This document shows, piece by piece, positions 13,117-28,300 of a stretch of 64,000 bases of DNA. The translations under genes and the position numbers were made by a program. Origin of the DNA: Lingula anatina (Eukaryota; Animalia; Brachiopoda); NCBI GenBank assembly GCA_051362555.1, contig CM120640.1, forward strand, positions 15,624,001-15,688,000, given 5' to 3'. Position 1 is the stretch's first letter. Each line of letters opens with the position of its first letter. Under the pieces are notes generated by a model that was given only the letters and a program-made list of their open reading frames with translations, made no database searches and was not told the DNA's origin.

Positions 13117-13473
13117 CTCCACTGACTTACCTATTTATTCATCTTGACTGAACTTTTTTCTGTTATGAGTAACCGATCAGTGGTTTTATTTGCCAGCAAA
13201 TATAAACCCCAAATTTTTGCAGATCGTCGTTTTTTTGTCAATGCAGAATCGCTGCGATTATACCCCTTTTCCCATTAGCGATTTAGTTGCAACGCCGATG
13301 AAAATAACACCATCATCTATCGGTGAACTAAAGCAGAATGATCCGTGGGCAACCACATTATGTTGCGGGTCATCTCTTCGCTTGTTTTCTTAGCGTTATC
13401 GACAACAAGTTATTCTCCTTTCTAGTCACGCCCATCTACACCAGAGGGCAGCATTGTAGTGGAAGCATTGAAG
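13117..13473. promoter_or_regulatory. Putative bidirectional promoter, F-box gene / EPT1
   Basis: 357 bp between divergent ATGs; locally CpG-richer than flanking introns. Confidence 0.5.
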
Positions 13474-16400
13474 ATGTTCTGGCAGAATTACCTCTCGGAT
13501 GAAATCATTGCTGGGTTTGACAGATATAAAGTGAGTAAATTACGAAATTTAGTATATCATAGTCTTATGACTGCTTGGATCGCTATTCTGGATCCAAAAT
13601 CATTGATGAAATTTGACTTGGGACAGTCAGTATCCTGCCGCCGCTGTTGCCGTTGGAATGCCGCCGCGATCGCGTGGTGGGTTTTTGTCTGTTGGATATA
13701 GCTGTGGAACTGTTTACCAAACCTTAGGTTTGTTGATAAGGGTATCGATTGTAAGCAAACAAGCTACACTGCAGCTCTGCTGTGATAAGTATATGAAAGT
13801 ATGTTTGGATCAATCTTGTCGACTATAATTCACTATCACAGGCTATAATTTACTGCAGTTTTTAACTTGGTTTCCCACTGGACATTAGATTTGCTTTCAT
13901 TTAAGTGGCTTCTCTAATTGTTATCATGATCAAGCCCATTTATGAATGAAGAAATCAGGCTTGGCTGCTGTTTTGATCAGTTAATGAATCCAAAGTCTAC
14001 ATACAAGTAAAGCAGGCCCTTAGCCAACAATTTCAAAGAAAGGGAGGGGTATCTTTTTCTGAAAAAAAATGACCTTTCACTGTGAAACCGTTCCTAGATC
14101 AATTTTGTCTAGAGCAGACCTTTTAAACATTTTCCGGCAATAAGAGTGGGGAGTTTGAGTCCCCCTAACCAAATAATCAAACTTGATTAACAATTATAAA
14201 AAGAGCTTATTGGTTGTTTTTTAAAATAACAGCTATGCTTTTCTTAGCTACGCATAACAGGGTGCCCACTTCAACTTTTTAAAACCATTCACAGATTTCT
14301 GCACAAAAACTCAAGTGTCAGATTCCACCAATCATTCAATACCAAGAGATTGTTAAGTGTTTTACTGAGCTTGTAGACAATGGTATACAGGCTGATCCAG
14401 CCTTGCTATGCTTGTGACAGTATGGGTTCGGCCAATGTCAGTTTCATGTTGAAGCCTATGGCATTTCATATGCTCATATGCATGTCTCTTGAGTCAGTGT
14501 GTTCTTTTTGTCTATTTTATATTTTCAGTAGCAGTTTTCTTGCTTTTTGGATCTGACACTGAGTTGATTTATCTTTTAAGTTTTACATGTGACAGAATGA
14601 CCTTAAAAGTGGTAGAGTTTTTAAGAGTATAGAAGCAGTAAATAATATAATGTTTGATCCACCCTAGAAACAGTTACTAGTTTCACAAGGACTTGGAGTA
14701 TTTTAACAACATTCTTCTTTTTATGTCCATATTTCTCCTTACTAGAAATGGAAAACCTCCATTCCCAGTATCCTTTCTTCTTGAATACTGTAACATTACT
14801 TACCTACATGTCACTAGTACATACTCATACTTTCAATACCTCCTTAATATTACGAGCCATTTGCCTCATACAATGTGTACCTGCATGATGAAGCATTGAA
14901 AAAAATTAAGTCATTTGACTCATTTGATACAACCTATTATATACCATAATTGCATAGTACTCATTTTGATTTGAGGCTGCTAACAGTGTATAGTACAAAA
15001 GCTCATACCATATCTGCCTTTAAAAGCCAAACCTGATAATACTTACCTGACAATATTATATTCCTCCATTTAGAGGGACAGTAACAGTGTATTGTATGTA
15101 AAGATGCAGTGACATATCAGGCTATATTTTGTCCTGTGATCAGGTAGCTAATAGTGAGAAGGGGCTTTGACATCAGTATTTAATTATGTAGGCTAAACAG
15201 CAGATAGTTTACCCACCTGTGAATTTGAAAAATCTCCTTTGTATATATAAATTCCATTGGGAAAACATGACACCTTCTTTGAAGTGTTATTGCTTTCTTT
15301 GTAATGTTATATGTATAGGCCACTTATGGGTCATAGGACATCCCTATTAAAATTGTCCAAAAATAGTTCTCTATATGTAAAGATGCTGCCAATAATAATA
15401 AAATAAAAATAAAAATAGGTTGGACTGAGAAATTGAAAAGAAAAAAGTGTGAGCCAAGTGCTTTTACTGAAAGCAGTGTGTTGTTAATCTGATGTTGAAA
15501 TACATGTAAGTTGAGTTAGCTAGTGGTTCAGGATACAGATAGGAGGAAGATTGCTGGTATCTACACATGAACTCTGTGACTTTACAGCTGGAGTTGTTGC
15601 AGCATTTCTATACAGCTTATCGGTAGTGTTGCAGATAATGTTATGTTCTCACCTGCTTGTCCCTTGTGCTCAATCAGTACCTTCTTATCTCGCCTGGGAA
15701 ATGGGCTGAAATTACTACTCGATTTACTTATATATCGTCCATTCACTTTTTAAATGCACTTATTTTGACAAATTGATTTCCATAAAAATGTTTTGTTGAT
15801 TTTTTAGACAAGTAAAATCAAGTGTTTTATATATATATATATATTCTGTTTCCATCTAAAATTCGATTGAGGTTATTTGAGCATTTTAATTTTATTTATA
15901 ATTTTTGCATGTAGGACAAGAAACTACTAATTCATGTAGGGCAGGAAACTAATGATCTTGTATATATTTTCAGTACAATGCAGTTGACACTAATCCTATT
16001 AGTAATTACCTCAGTCACCCATTTTGGAATTGGGTTGTAAAGGTAAGGTTCAGTTAGAGATGTAAATGTGAGAATAACAGTGAACTTATTGTTACACAAC
16101 TGTTGATGTAAATTGGAAACTTCTATAACATATGGATATTGTTTGCATTTTATCAGGCTAAGGTGATGCATTTTTTTGTCCCCCTTATTACACATAATAT
16201 ATATTTTTAATAACATCCATATGCAACTTTGAAAATGATGACTATTGCTATTTTTTCACTTGTCTTTTTCAGCATCTCGTACCAAGATGGCTGGCTCCAA
16301 ATTTGATGACATTACTTGGTTATCTCTTCTTCCTATTGAATGTGGCAGTAATGGCATATTACGACCCACATTTTTATGCTTCCAGCAGGAATCACCCTGA

Positions 16401-19280
16401 TAATCCCCCAGTGCCTGACTGGGTGTGGTTGTTTTGTGCTATGTGTATTTTCCTGTCATACACACTAGGTAAGACTGGCTTCCCACTTGCCTTCATGGTG
16501 TGGATAGCCTGAGCTATATTTATTACCCTGTTGAATGCATTAGGTATGGTGGCCCACATTCTCCACTGACTGGTTGTGGATTGTCTAAGATATACATATT
16601 TTATTTTGACATGCATTTAGAGTAAGGCATGACTCTCTCCTAAGAACAACATAAGACCTAAGAATATCAGCTTAAAAAGAATTATTTCTACTGTGTCAAA
16701 ATACTAAAGTACATCTGAACATAAAATATACAAGTGTAAATTAGTGCTTAAGCATAGCTTTATGATAAGAACAACATCAGTATGTACAGTGATCTTTTCG
16801 GTGATGCGATCTTTTCGATATTTTTAATACCTAATACAAGTACCTAATACAAGTAGCTAAAAGTGTGGTCTTGCCTTTAGTTGTCATTCTAATATTCAGA
16901 GCTCTTGCTGATTATTATGTTGCCTCTGTTTTTCAGATGGTTGTGATGGCAAACAAGCCAGGAGAACAGGTTCTAGTACTCCACTGGGAGAGCTGTTTGA
17001 CCATGGCCTGGACAGCTCCATCACCCATGTCACACCTGTGGTCTTATACTCCATATTTGGGCAAGGGGAGTTTGGAATCTCTCCAATCAGAGTGTATTTT
17101 GCTATTTGGTGTGTGATGGCATGTTTCATCTTTTCCCATTGGGAGAAATATAATACTGGAGTTTTGTATCTTCCCTGGGGATATGATATAGGACAGCTGG
17201 TAAGTAAGATTTAAGCATATTATTGTTCAATTAGACATCACTGTAAAGCACTTGAGATAAAACTTGTATTGTAGCATGTGATAAGACACAGGTAGTTGTC
17301 TTTCATTAAAAAAGAATAAGCCGTTATGAGTACCTCAACTAAAAAATTGCCTTTCACTTTATTGTATTTTAACATACTTCAGTTGATATTCAAAATTTTT
17401 CAAGAAATGCATCTGAAAGGTATAATATTAGTGTTTAATATTCTCTTTTTCAGAGTATAATTTTGGCCATGACCATCACTTACTTCAGGACTTATTTATT
17501 CTGGAAATTTGCTATCACCATTCCATTTTTGAATAAAACTTTAGACTCTGGAGACCTTGCAGAAATCAGTCTGTATGGTAGGTTAACCATTACCTTTAAC
17601 ATCTTTACTAACTTCTGTATATGAAAAGACATGTAAGTCTATAACTATTCTTGGTATATATTCATAAAAGAATACTAATACTGATAATTCTAATTACAGT
17701 AAAATGATTATCTTAAGTTTGTGATTTCCCTCCAATTCTAACTTCTGTATATGAAAAGACATGTAAGGCTTTAACTCTTCTTGGTACATATAAAGAATAC
17801 TAATAGTGAATATTCTAATTGCAGTAAAATGTTTATCTAAAAGTTTGTGATTTCCCAAAAATTCTAGGTATGAATTGACATTATCTGAAATTATACAAGT
17901 TTAGTTATTGGAAATTTTAAAATTCAGAGATTGGCAACAAGATTACCCTTGCTACTTATTATTAGATAGGTAATTTGACAAACCAGCTATTTTTGTTATA
18001 ATATTAATTAAATGTATTTTTTTTTGCAGTTGGCTCTGGCATGTCCCTCCCTATATCACTGTATAACATATACCGGTAAGTCATCTTCAGTTTTGCATTT
18101 TTACAGTAGCAGATACTATAGAAATAATTTAAAGCTTCTTGTTACTAAGTATGATGTTTGTGTGAAAATTCTAGCATTGAGTCAAGGTAAGTCTATTTTA
18201 TCAAAAAAAAAAAAAAATTATTATCCTTACTTATTCCAAGTTATTTGCATACTCATTTTTTATTATATATATTTCAGTTCTTATCGGGACCAAACGGGTA
18301 AAATGCGTTCACTATGGGAGGCCAACCGTCCCCTAGTTTGTACCACAATTCTATTTGTAAGCTATACAGTGTGGATTTGGAACTCCAAGTGTGCCGTACT
18401 AGATAATAACCCTAGGATATTTCTGTGGACAGTAGGGACTTCTTTTTCATATTTTACGGTAAGGGGCAGTTGATATATATCCTGAAATTCTGGTCTAGTG
18501 AACCAGCTTTTTGATTTTATAATCTCCAAATGTGATGTTTATCAGACGCTGACTGTCAACAGGAAGTTAACTGTAAATCTCAAGTACACATTCAGTCTTT
18601 CAGATTTAACAGCTCCAAATAAAGACCTTTGATATCAGTAATAAACCCACCTAACATTTATTATTGGTGCAGTTAACTTGAATCAAATGCCACTTACGTA
18701 TAGACACAACAAGCATGCATGTATGCAGACATAGGGAAACTTTAGGTTTGACTGATCATGACCCCCTGAAAAACCAGAGGGCCGGCAAGATTTTTGATAA
18801 TGCAGATCCTCTGGACAGGCAAGGTTTATATGGAAAAACAATACACAAAAACGAATCATATGTAAACGTTGACTTACTGACCTGCACAGAATGGGGAGGC
18901 CCTGCAGATTTCTTAAAGTACAGGTTCTCCAGACCTTCAGTACATCCAAGTTTTTTCCTACGTCTTATTTATGGAAATATGAGAATAAAGAAGTTGCTCC
19001 TCATCAATTCTAAAAGTCAGGCCATTGTTGATGGTAGCCTTGTTCCTTAAACTGATGTGACTCATTATGGTTGAAGTATTTGTTTGAAATTTTGTAGTTA
19101 AGTAGAGTTACTGTTGGTAGCTCTTGAGTCTCTTCTAGAAGATAGAACTGTAATAGTCCCACGTAAGAAAAATTGTGCACATTAGACCAAAATAAAGTTT
19201 AGAGCAAATGGTTATTTGTAATAAGTGTTTTACTTTGTTTGAAGAAATGAAGGCTCATTTTACCACCTCCCCCCCCCCCC

Positions 19281-19315
<35 letters not shown>

Positions 19316-20119
19316 ACATTTACTACATACAACCTTACTACATACAGTCTAACACTAATAAGTAAATGATTCATTGCTATTAGATCTGCCATCTTCATAT
19401 TCAATTTTATTTTCAAAATTTTATTTCCAGGTTCGGTTGATAATAAGCCAGATGAGTAACACGAGGTGTGAGGTTTTCCACTGGCTTCTAGTCCCAATCA
19501 TCAGTGCAACCTGTGTGGTGGTTGTCTGTGATACAGCCCAGTATGAACTGTTCATATTATATGGGTTAAGTGGCCTGGTCACAACCGCCTGGCTACACAT
19601 GGGCATGTGTGTTGTAAGTAATTCGAATGTGAATATGTTCATCAAGGTTGGACGCTTTAGTATTGTCAGTTTTTTTTTATTTCTTTTTACATGTGAATCT
19701 CGCTAAGCATATTGAAACTTTCTTCAAATCATATTGAGGATTTTATTTTTTGTTTCAATTAAATGAACTGTTATTCAATTTTTTTAATTAAAAATATGCA
19801 TTTTGTCTATGTGTCCAGACTCATGGGACAACCTCAAACAAAGATTCTGTGAACTATTAACTATGTGCCCTTTTGTATAAAAGTAACTTGACTAACAACT
19901 GACTGTTAGAATATTGTTTATTTTAAGATAAACCACTTAATCGAATCAATTTTGTTTTACTGTAAAGAAAGTATTAACATTTGTTTCATGCACCTAGAAT
20001 GCTTAGCAGCTTCCCCAATATTGTGATTTTCATTTCAGGTATGGCAGATGGCTGATCACTTTCAGATACATGTATTCTCATTATCCAAACCACAACAAAA
20101 TAGCAAGAAGGAGTCATGA
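13474..20119 (+). CDS. SELENOI: Ethanolaminephosphotransferase 1 (EPT1/SELENOI orthologue)
   Basis: Exons 13474-13530, 15974-16042, 16273-16468, 16937-17199, 17454-17577, 18030-18075, 18278-18458, 19431-19613, 20039-20119. [23 protein letters not shown]-alcohol phosphotransferase motif [42 protein letters not shown]. Confidence 0.93.
17608..17856. repeat. Intronic tandem duplication, ~130-bp period, 2 copies
   Basis: CTAACTTCTGTATATGAAAAGACATGTAAG...AAGTTTGTGATTTCCC at 17608-17730 and 17738-17856. Confidence 0.85.
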
Positions 20120-22376
20120 AGATATTGGAAAATAGGAAGCAAAAACTGAATTTGTATAGGAGTGATTTGCTGAATACTAGACATTTGGGTGTAAAATCTC
20201 TTCCTTGCTACATGAACCTCTTTAATTTGTTTGATAACAAAAATGGCTAGTGTTTATCTTCTTAGTGCATTTTGTTAAATCTACATGTACTTGTTGTGTG
20301 AAGATATTCTCCTTCTCTTACCATCCCTTTTCCTTTTTACTTCTTGTATACCAAAGATTATTGTACCTGAACTGTAAAATGTTAGACAAAAAATTATTTT
20401 TTAGTTTTCAAATCTAGCCCAAATGCTCATTTGAAATTAATGTCATACTTGCTGTTGATAGGATTTTTCACATTATTTACAACAGAAATGTGATTTTTGT
20501 CAAATCAGTATTATTTTGTTATCAAATTACTTCAAACTATTAATAGTTGTATTCTATATTTTATTATAATAATCAAAATTTTATGGCACAAACTGCAAAC
20601 CCATTTTATTTGACAGTTGAATTTGATTAAAAAGTTAAATGTTCAAATAAAGAGTGAACACTGCTCCTCTTCTGTAGGCATATTCTGTGAAAGCTGGCAT
20701 TTTTTACTTTGCACCTTTTCTGATTTAGAAATCTAATGGAATACCTTTTACAATATGCTGTAAATTTGATTGGTGATAAATTTAGTCTTTTTTCCTCTTT
20801 TTTGAACATACACTTAACTGCAAGACAAGTCTTTTGAAGAATTAAATACTGGTGGCAGTTTTGTCTTTTCTAGCTTGAACAATATCAAGGAATAGATGTA
20901 TTCATAAAATAACCTTGTTAGACTCATAATTACAGTCTTTCAGTTTTATATGTTTTATTTGCCTGATAGTTGTCTGCATGCATTTTGAAGCTTCCATGTA
21001 CAATATTACACCAGAGCAGGAAAAACACTTCACATAACTGAAAATTGGTCTTAATGTTAATTATGCTTACTGTTGCAGCAGAGTTAAATGTAAATATTTT
21101 TGTTCTTAGTAAATTCAGAAAAAGACATTAGTAAAAGGACCAGAGGGGTGTAAGCTGGCAAAAGACATGTCTGACTGTGTGTTGCATGTTTTTTGGTTTT
21201 ATTAGGGCTTCTGTGATCTTAGGAAACCTGACATTGTAATTTTCTCAAACATAAATGTTTTGGGCCATGTTATGCCATTTACACTGCAAATTAACTGGTC
21301 TTCAATGGGTAAAGTATGGACCAACATGATTATATGAAGCAAAGGATGACATACACCTGTTTAAACTTATGTTGAAATTAGAAAAAAGTTGTATACATAG
21401 TGTGTCAGAGGTATTCAACTGATCCAGTTTGTTAGAATGCAGACTATGCCTGCAGTTACATTTTATAATATAAGTAATTAAAAAATGTTTTCTACTCCAT
21501 TGTTATTGTTTTTAATAGTACAAACATATCTTTTAGATCTAATAACTTTATTTTGCTTGAAATTCTGATACTTCCACTTTTGTTTACAAAAATATATAAA
21601 AAATATTGTAAATTGTAGATGAATGAAATCCAATTCCACTATAACTTTTTAATCATAAAAAAACACCAGTAACTAAAAAGGACTAATTGGCACAATAATT
21701 TAGTCCACTAATTAATAGCACCAGTTCATGTATATCATGAAATTAAATGGTTTTCATTTTCTTTTTCATTTTTACTTAAAAGTAACAGCAAGCTGTGCTG
21801 CTTTACTATTTACACATTTATCATAAAAAAAAAAACCATTTGAATTTTTAATCAAGATTGTCAGGGAACATGCTGAAGTGGTTTAATAGCACACACTCCC
21901 TATCAGTCCAGATGCATTTTGAAAAATGTTATTGCACAACTTTATCCAATATAATTTATAACCCTGTTTACAAGCACCTTGAGTAAATCCATTTTAGATT
22001 AATATGATGACAACTGTTATTGCATAATGCAGTCAATAAAAAGGGGAGAACATTAATATTTGAACCAATAACTCCATCGTTCAACGTACAGTGGAAATAC
22101 AGTATGTCATAGTATACATGTAATTACAGCACCATTTTCATCACATCAACTAATGATCTTACAAAATATCTTTAACATGCGTATTCCATTACCACTTCAG
22201 CTCTCAAGCAAGCCAGCTTTTGCATTTCACTCCTTCATATGTACATGCATTTTGATCAATAACTGCACATATGTTGAGATTTGGAAATAAAGAGGTATGA
22301 CACTTGTGGCATATTACATACATTTCGTTTAAATAATACATTTCATTGGAGGGGTTTTTTTCCCAGCAGAGGGATA

Positions 22377-25300
22377 CTAAAGTGAGGATTCCCTGAAGTG
22401 CATCATAACTTCAATATCTAGGAATCCATCTGCCCCCAGAATAATCTTGGCCACCTCTCTGTGATTCTTCCTTAGTACATTGATGCCATTTATGGAGTAC
22501 AAGAACTGCCTCACCTGGAAAAATTATTTCACTTTTGTACTGTACTGTTCATTTTAAGTAAGGGGAACAGTGTCATTCACACAATGTTTTCAGTTCTTAA
22601 GTCTGAAAAGTGCTCGAAAGAGTTTTGTCTACTGTGGCCCAGTTGTATCAGAAGTACTGGTAGTTTAGTCCAACTGTAAATGAAATATTGTGCCTGTTCT
22701 GTCATGTTTAGTCTTTCAGAGGGAATACTTGCTTTATTTAAGTTTACTACTACAAATATACATGTGTCTTGAATTAAAACAGAACAAATGTAACTTAAGA
22801 CCAATCACCTGTGACCAGGCTGAAGTTCTATTGTGAAAAAGGTTCCAGATGAACCAAATACCTTGATTCCTGCTGCAGCAGCTGGGCTTGCTGGATCAAC
22901 AGTTTGGACGTATGTTGGACTCTCACCACGTATAACAAAACCATACCCAACAGAATCACTGCAAACCTACAGAAGACAAAAAGCACTTTTAATTAATGAT
23001 TATGCAGAGGAGAGAGAGAGAGGGTGGAGTAGTTAAATCTACCATTTTGTTTAAAAGTCTGACTTTGTCATTGTTGTGCCTACACTAGATAAAGATTTGC
23101 CAAAAGGAACCTGTAAACAGTTCCCATGCTTTAGCAATGACAATGACTTTATTCTTATAAACAAAATGTTTTGTTGAGAACAATATGGTAGTTTGAATAT
23201 ACAGTACAAGTATATTAGAATATATAGGCAGATAAGTGAACAATGCAACCAAGAGACTTGACTTGAGATCACTTATGTATCAAAGATTTCCAACAGTTGG
23301 AACTCCTTGTCATTATTAGCAGATGATTAAATTAACAAATGAAAATTAAAACACTAGACACTAGCTGAATTTTAACCTTCTGGATATGATACCATCTTTC
23401 TCAGTGGATTAAAAAGAAATAAAACCAACCTACCCTAATACATCTTTTGACATATGGTGTGTTGGGAGCCTCTAACTCCTCTACAGTGACTCCAGTCAGT
23501 AGAACTGAACAAATAAGTACAAAATGACTGTCGAGAGAGAGAAAGAGGGGGGGGGGGCAAAAATTGTTTGAATGTATTCTTAATCCTTTACTTTCAACTT
23601 CCTTTTATTCTTTACTTCATCTTTAATATCAGAACAGATTTCTTAAGTTTTTGAGGGTTCTGTTAATTTGCACATGATATTAACCTGACTTTGGTTGTTC
23701 CGTGGCATCAGCATCTAAAGAAACACTATCATTTGAGCTTGATGATGCTTCTGATGTCTTATGATTTCTTTCAGGGCAGTAGAAATACTGAGTGAGGGAT
23801 GTGTTGCTCCTGCTACTTCCTACAATATTGGTAAAATTTGGTCGAAATTTTTTTACAGATTTGCTCACTTTTGCTTTTTATAACACTTCTACTGCTATTC
23901 TTGCTGAAGTCAATTATTGAAGGCACAGTCAATATGTTATCAGCTTAATTGTGTGGCATGCCCCTTCACAAAGCAACAAGAACGACATAATGGACTAAAG
24001 TTTTTCTGACTTTACTCAAATACTTTAAGTTTTAAGGGGGTATGCCAGACAATTTAATTTGATTACAATTTAAGCTGATTACACTGACTGCATCTTAGCG
24101 AGAATCCCCGCTAAGATAGATTGACCATGCTAGTAAAGTAACTCCTATTCTGAACACAGCCATGCAGAAAACTGTACAACTTGATGTAGAAATAAAAAGG
24201 ACAAACAATATATTATTTAAGTTTTCAGTGTCAACTCCATTTTGACAAAGTCAACTCTAGTTTATTTATAGTTACTCTCACAAACCGTAATGGCTTTTAA
24301 AGTAATTATCTTACCAATAGATGAAAACGACTCTCTTGAGGCAGACCTTTTGTTCTTCAATAAGTCAGTTAGAACTCCTCTCTGTCCAAAGTCATCTCTG
24401 AATTTATATAAAGTGTGCCCATCTCTAAAGTGGTAGTCATCAGTGACTGTAAAATCAATAAAGCATCAGAATTTTAAAGAAAAGGCAAGGTTCAGTTTCA
24501 TGATTTACTAAAGCAAGGAGAGAAAATCTAAAGGGACATTCTACTTTTTTCAAAGACATTTTTACCCTTCAAAGACATTTTTACCCTTCAGCTTCAGTGC
24601 TGATACTTGCAAGGTTTTCCAAGCTGCCAAACTGCCATATCTGCACCTTTATCAATTAGCAAGCATACATGGAAATTTTAATTATAAGAAGCAGGCCAGT
24701 GCACTGGGTACAAACCTCAGAGTAAAACATTTTGATCAATCCTCATGTCCTCAACTACACAAATTACATTCCTTTTATTTTGTAAATATACAAACAGTAA
24801 GAATCACAAATCTTTTCAGTGCCATTTCCCCCTTTTTTCTTACTGTGTCTGAGTATCCCACTCTCCACCATGTCCCTGCAGAACAAAAATGCTTCCTCTC
24901 TGGTGGAGGCTTCATTCTGGTGTATCAGCCAGTCTACCAAGGTGGAGCCATAGAAAGCATCTGTGTACACCTGTCCTGTGTCTGTGACCACATGCTCCTG
25001 GGTTATCTCTGGCCATGTTACAAGTAATCTGGGTGCAAACATGTAAAGGTGTTAAATAAGTCATTCTCATAATGGTCATAATAAAAATTAACACAGTGCT
25101 GGATAATGTTATATATTCGTTTGATTCATTTTGAAGCTTTACATTTATTTTCTAATGATAATTTTAAATTACAGAAAAATAAATATTAATAAGTTGGTGA
25201 AAACAATTAATATTGACTTTTTACGTGTCACTTGCAGAACAGCAATATGCATATAAAAAAGGTTAAAGGGACAACAATTGTGGATGCAGGTGCTGTATAC

Positions 25301-28300
25301 CTTACAAGCCTTTTAATGCTTCTTTAAAAATCTTCCACCAAATTAAAAATATTTCACTCAGTGCAATAATTCTTTGACTGACCCCAAACAACATTTGCTC
25401 ATTATATCTTCAGAAACACCATCATAACATACTAGTAGATACTTATTGTAACACTACATGTACTAGTACATTGTACCAGTATGTCTGGTCTAGGGCAATG
25501 ACCTGTAGATAGGGTACACCTTATCTGCTACAAGGCATTGGTCAAAGTTAGCCTGGTCGTGGACTGTATGCCTTTACACTTTGGCTTGTGTGCCTCACCT
25601 CTTATACAGACTGTATGCTCTTAGGTACAGAGCAGCTTCAGTATTCTGTGGAAATGAGTCATCGTCAACTCGGAATCTGTAGAACAACTTTTCATCTTTG
25701 AATTGATGATCATCACACACTACAATAGAAGATTAAAGGTGAAATATAAGAAATTTGCTCCTAAAATTATTATGTCTAAGTTTTATGCTTTCAATCTCTT
25801 CCCTCAATATACAAAAGTTGTCTCATTCATAATTTCACCCCCCCCCCCTGCACCCCCCACAATTCTTAAACTACAAAAGCAAAAGACCCTTATCTATGAT
25901 ACATATAATAGCAAATGTTTGAATTATGATATTCCAGTACATTGTGGGAGTTATCAATGCCTAACATCATGGGTACAATAAAAGTCATCCAGATATAATA
26001 ATAGTCTATATTATCTATAATTTTGATATTCTAATACCATTATTCCAAAATAGAACCAAAAACTCTATTCACATAATTCAAGGTTGGTTATCAGGGTGAC
26101 AGAAAGTCTGAACAAAGTATTCAGTATAACTTGTTGACCACAGTGCCTATGATAAACATTTGTCTATGTCATAATTTGAGCACTTTCACCTATGGCACAT
26201 AAACATTATAAGCATGTATGAATAGTAGTGTACATTTTTGGGTGTTTCAAAATCCTTCTAAGTCAGAACTATCATGGTTATCAAAGAATAGCTGCTACAG
26301 TGGCATGTTCCGGGCCATATGTACACATGACCTACTGTATGAGTATGACCAGTATTTCTATTCTTATCTACACATACATATCAAAGTCACCTCCTATCAG
26401 CATTCAACCAGTGCTGAGAGTTATTTGTCTTGATATCTTAGATCAAGGCCAATATATATATATATATATCAGGCTTCATTACATATGATATTATCAAGAA
26501 TAACTTATTTATTTACTTTTGGTGTCTCTTACTTCAATAAAACATATTTATAACACAAATTAAACCAAAAAGGTACAGTGTTTTAATCTTTGAATCACAC
26601 TGCAAATAAATATATATATATTTTATTTTTCACTGCTTTTTATTCATAGAGCATTTATCTGTATGCCATTTCCCAATATTATACTTGATGTGATTAAGTA
26701 TCTACAAAGTTTATCATGGTTAAGATTAAATTAGAAGTGTACTGGGTTACAATGGGGAACAGAGAAAAAATAATTTTATTTTGACATTTAATTAAAAAAA
26801 TTAATAAAGTTTTGCAACTTAATTTATACTAATCAATCTAATATTTAATTAACCTTACTTTTTAAATACGGGATCTCATTGTTCATAACTGAATGCATAC
26901 ATCTTTTAGTGTGTAAGGCCACAGCAGAGGAAAAGTTTTTGTCCAAAATTACAAAGTGACAAAACCCCATTTAATGAAAATATCTTCATTAAAACACAGC
27001 AATAATTAATATTTTTTGGAATATAAAAATGGCAGCAACACACTCTTTTAAGGAACAATAGGATTCAGCTATCAAGTATGAGAGATAAATTTATATATGG
27101 ACTTTATTACAACTAAAACAAACCACAATCTCTATTTCTCTTTATGCAAACTTCTAGCTGAGAAACAAACTCATTACCATGAATAAAACAACCAAATGAA
27201 CAATATTTATGTATTGCTTAAATTACCTGTTATCATTCTATTTGTCACTTTACAAACTCATAAGTAAAGAAAAGATCAGAGGTAAAAAATTTTAAATAAT
27301 TTTTTTCTAATTTTTAATTTTATATTTATATCTTTTATGTATATAGATATGTGAATTTCAATAAATATACAATATAAAAATATTCATTCCTATACATAAT
27401 ATGAAGTGACATTAAACACTTCAATGATGTCAAACCATACAGAATAACAAATATACCAATTTGACACAAAAGAAAGTATTATTTATAGTTGAGAAAAATA
27501 ATCACCCATTATTCCTAATAAATATCAGATGTACATGTACCCACCATGATGCAGTACATAATGATCCTGAAGAATTCTCATAAGTAATACTGCAGTCTCT
27601 CTGTCCTGAACCCTGTGTGTGTCTATTAGCCACTGTACCAATTCTTTGCCAACAAAACATTTGCTGTAGTTTCTCAAATGATATCTTCTTGTTTGAATAA
27701 TGTTGGGGTTTTCTTTATTCAGATCCTCTCTGAAAAAATAGATTTAGGGCAGTCTGTATAGTAATTCTGAACTTGGACCCATTATAATTGGACTCATTAC
27801 AATTACAATTATGTATAATGGGTCTAAGCTCTGAATAATAAAACAAATGCACCCCAGTATAAACATGTATACTGGTAAAGGAAGTCTTCTACTAGTATAC
27901 CAGTACTCAGTACCTTGAATAACAAATACGAGAGTCAGACAATGAAGTACTATTCATTTTACCACAGGCAATGTAGGTTCCTCTATATAAATGATGGACA
28001 TTAAAATTAGAACACAAATTTCTTATAACCTACTTCCAAAAACCAAAGAAGGTTGTTTTGAACACTCCAAGAAGTGAACCTTGAACCCAATGACTTGGTT
28101 ATAATCAGTTCCAAGTTTTTAAAAGGTTAAAAATGCCAATACGCACACAACATAAGCGATTTTTCTTTTCAAGGAGGTAGGTCTTACAGCTAGGGTACAT
28201 ATTCAAATGTCCGTAGAGGACTTATTAGACGTTCAGTACAGCTATTACTATGGTTAAACAGAAATACAGGTCAGATGTACAAAAAGATGGCACGTACTGG

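Noticed and set aside
18683-19050. Intronic ORFs of 88-111 aa in EPT1, and similar short ORFs throughout
   Set aside because: No domain motifs; they are antisense shadows or chance ORFs in AT-rich introns.
19267-19313. Poly-C followed by poly-A run (also poly-G at 28894, poly-A at 46181 and 63613)
   Set aside because: Simple homopolymers with no attached retrocopy or TSD identified.
25480-25560. Intronic hairpin in DEPTOR as a possible miRNA
   Set aside because: The stem is short and bulged, with no recognisable mature miRNA.
27764-27836. Short inverted repeat (GACCCATTATA/TATAATGGGTC)
   Set aside because: Probably a tiny MITE remnant; no TSD and no evidence of function.
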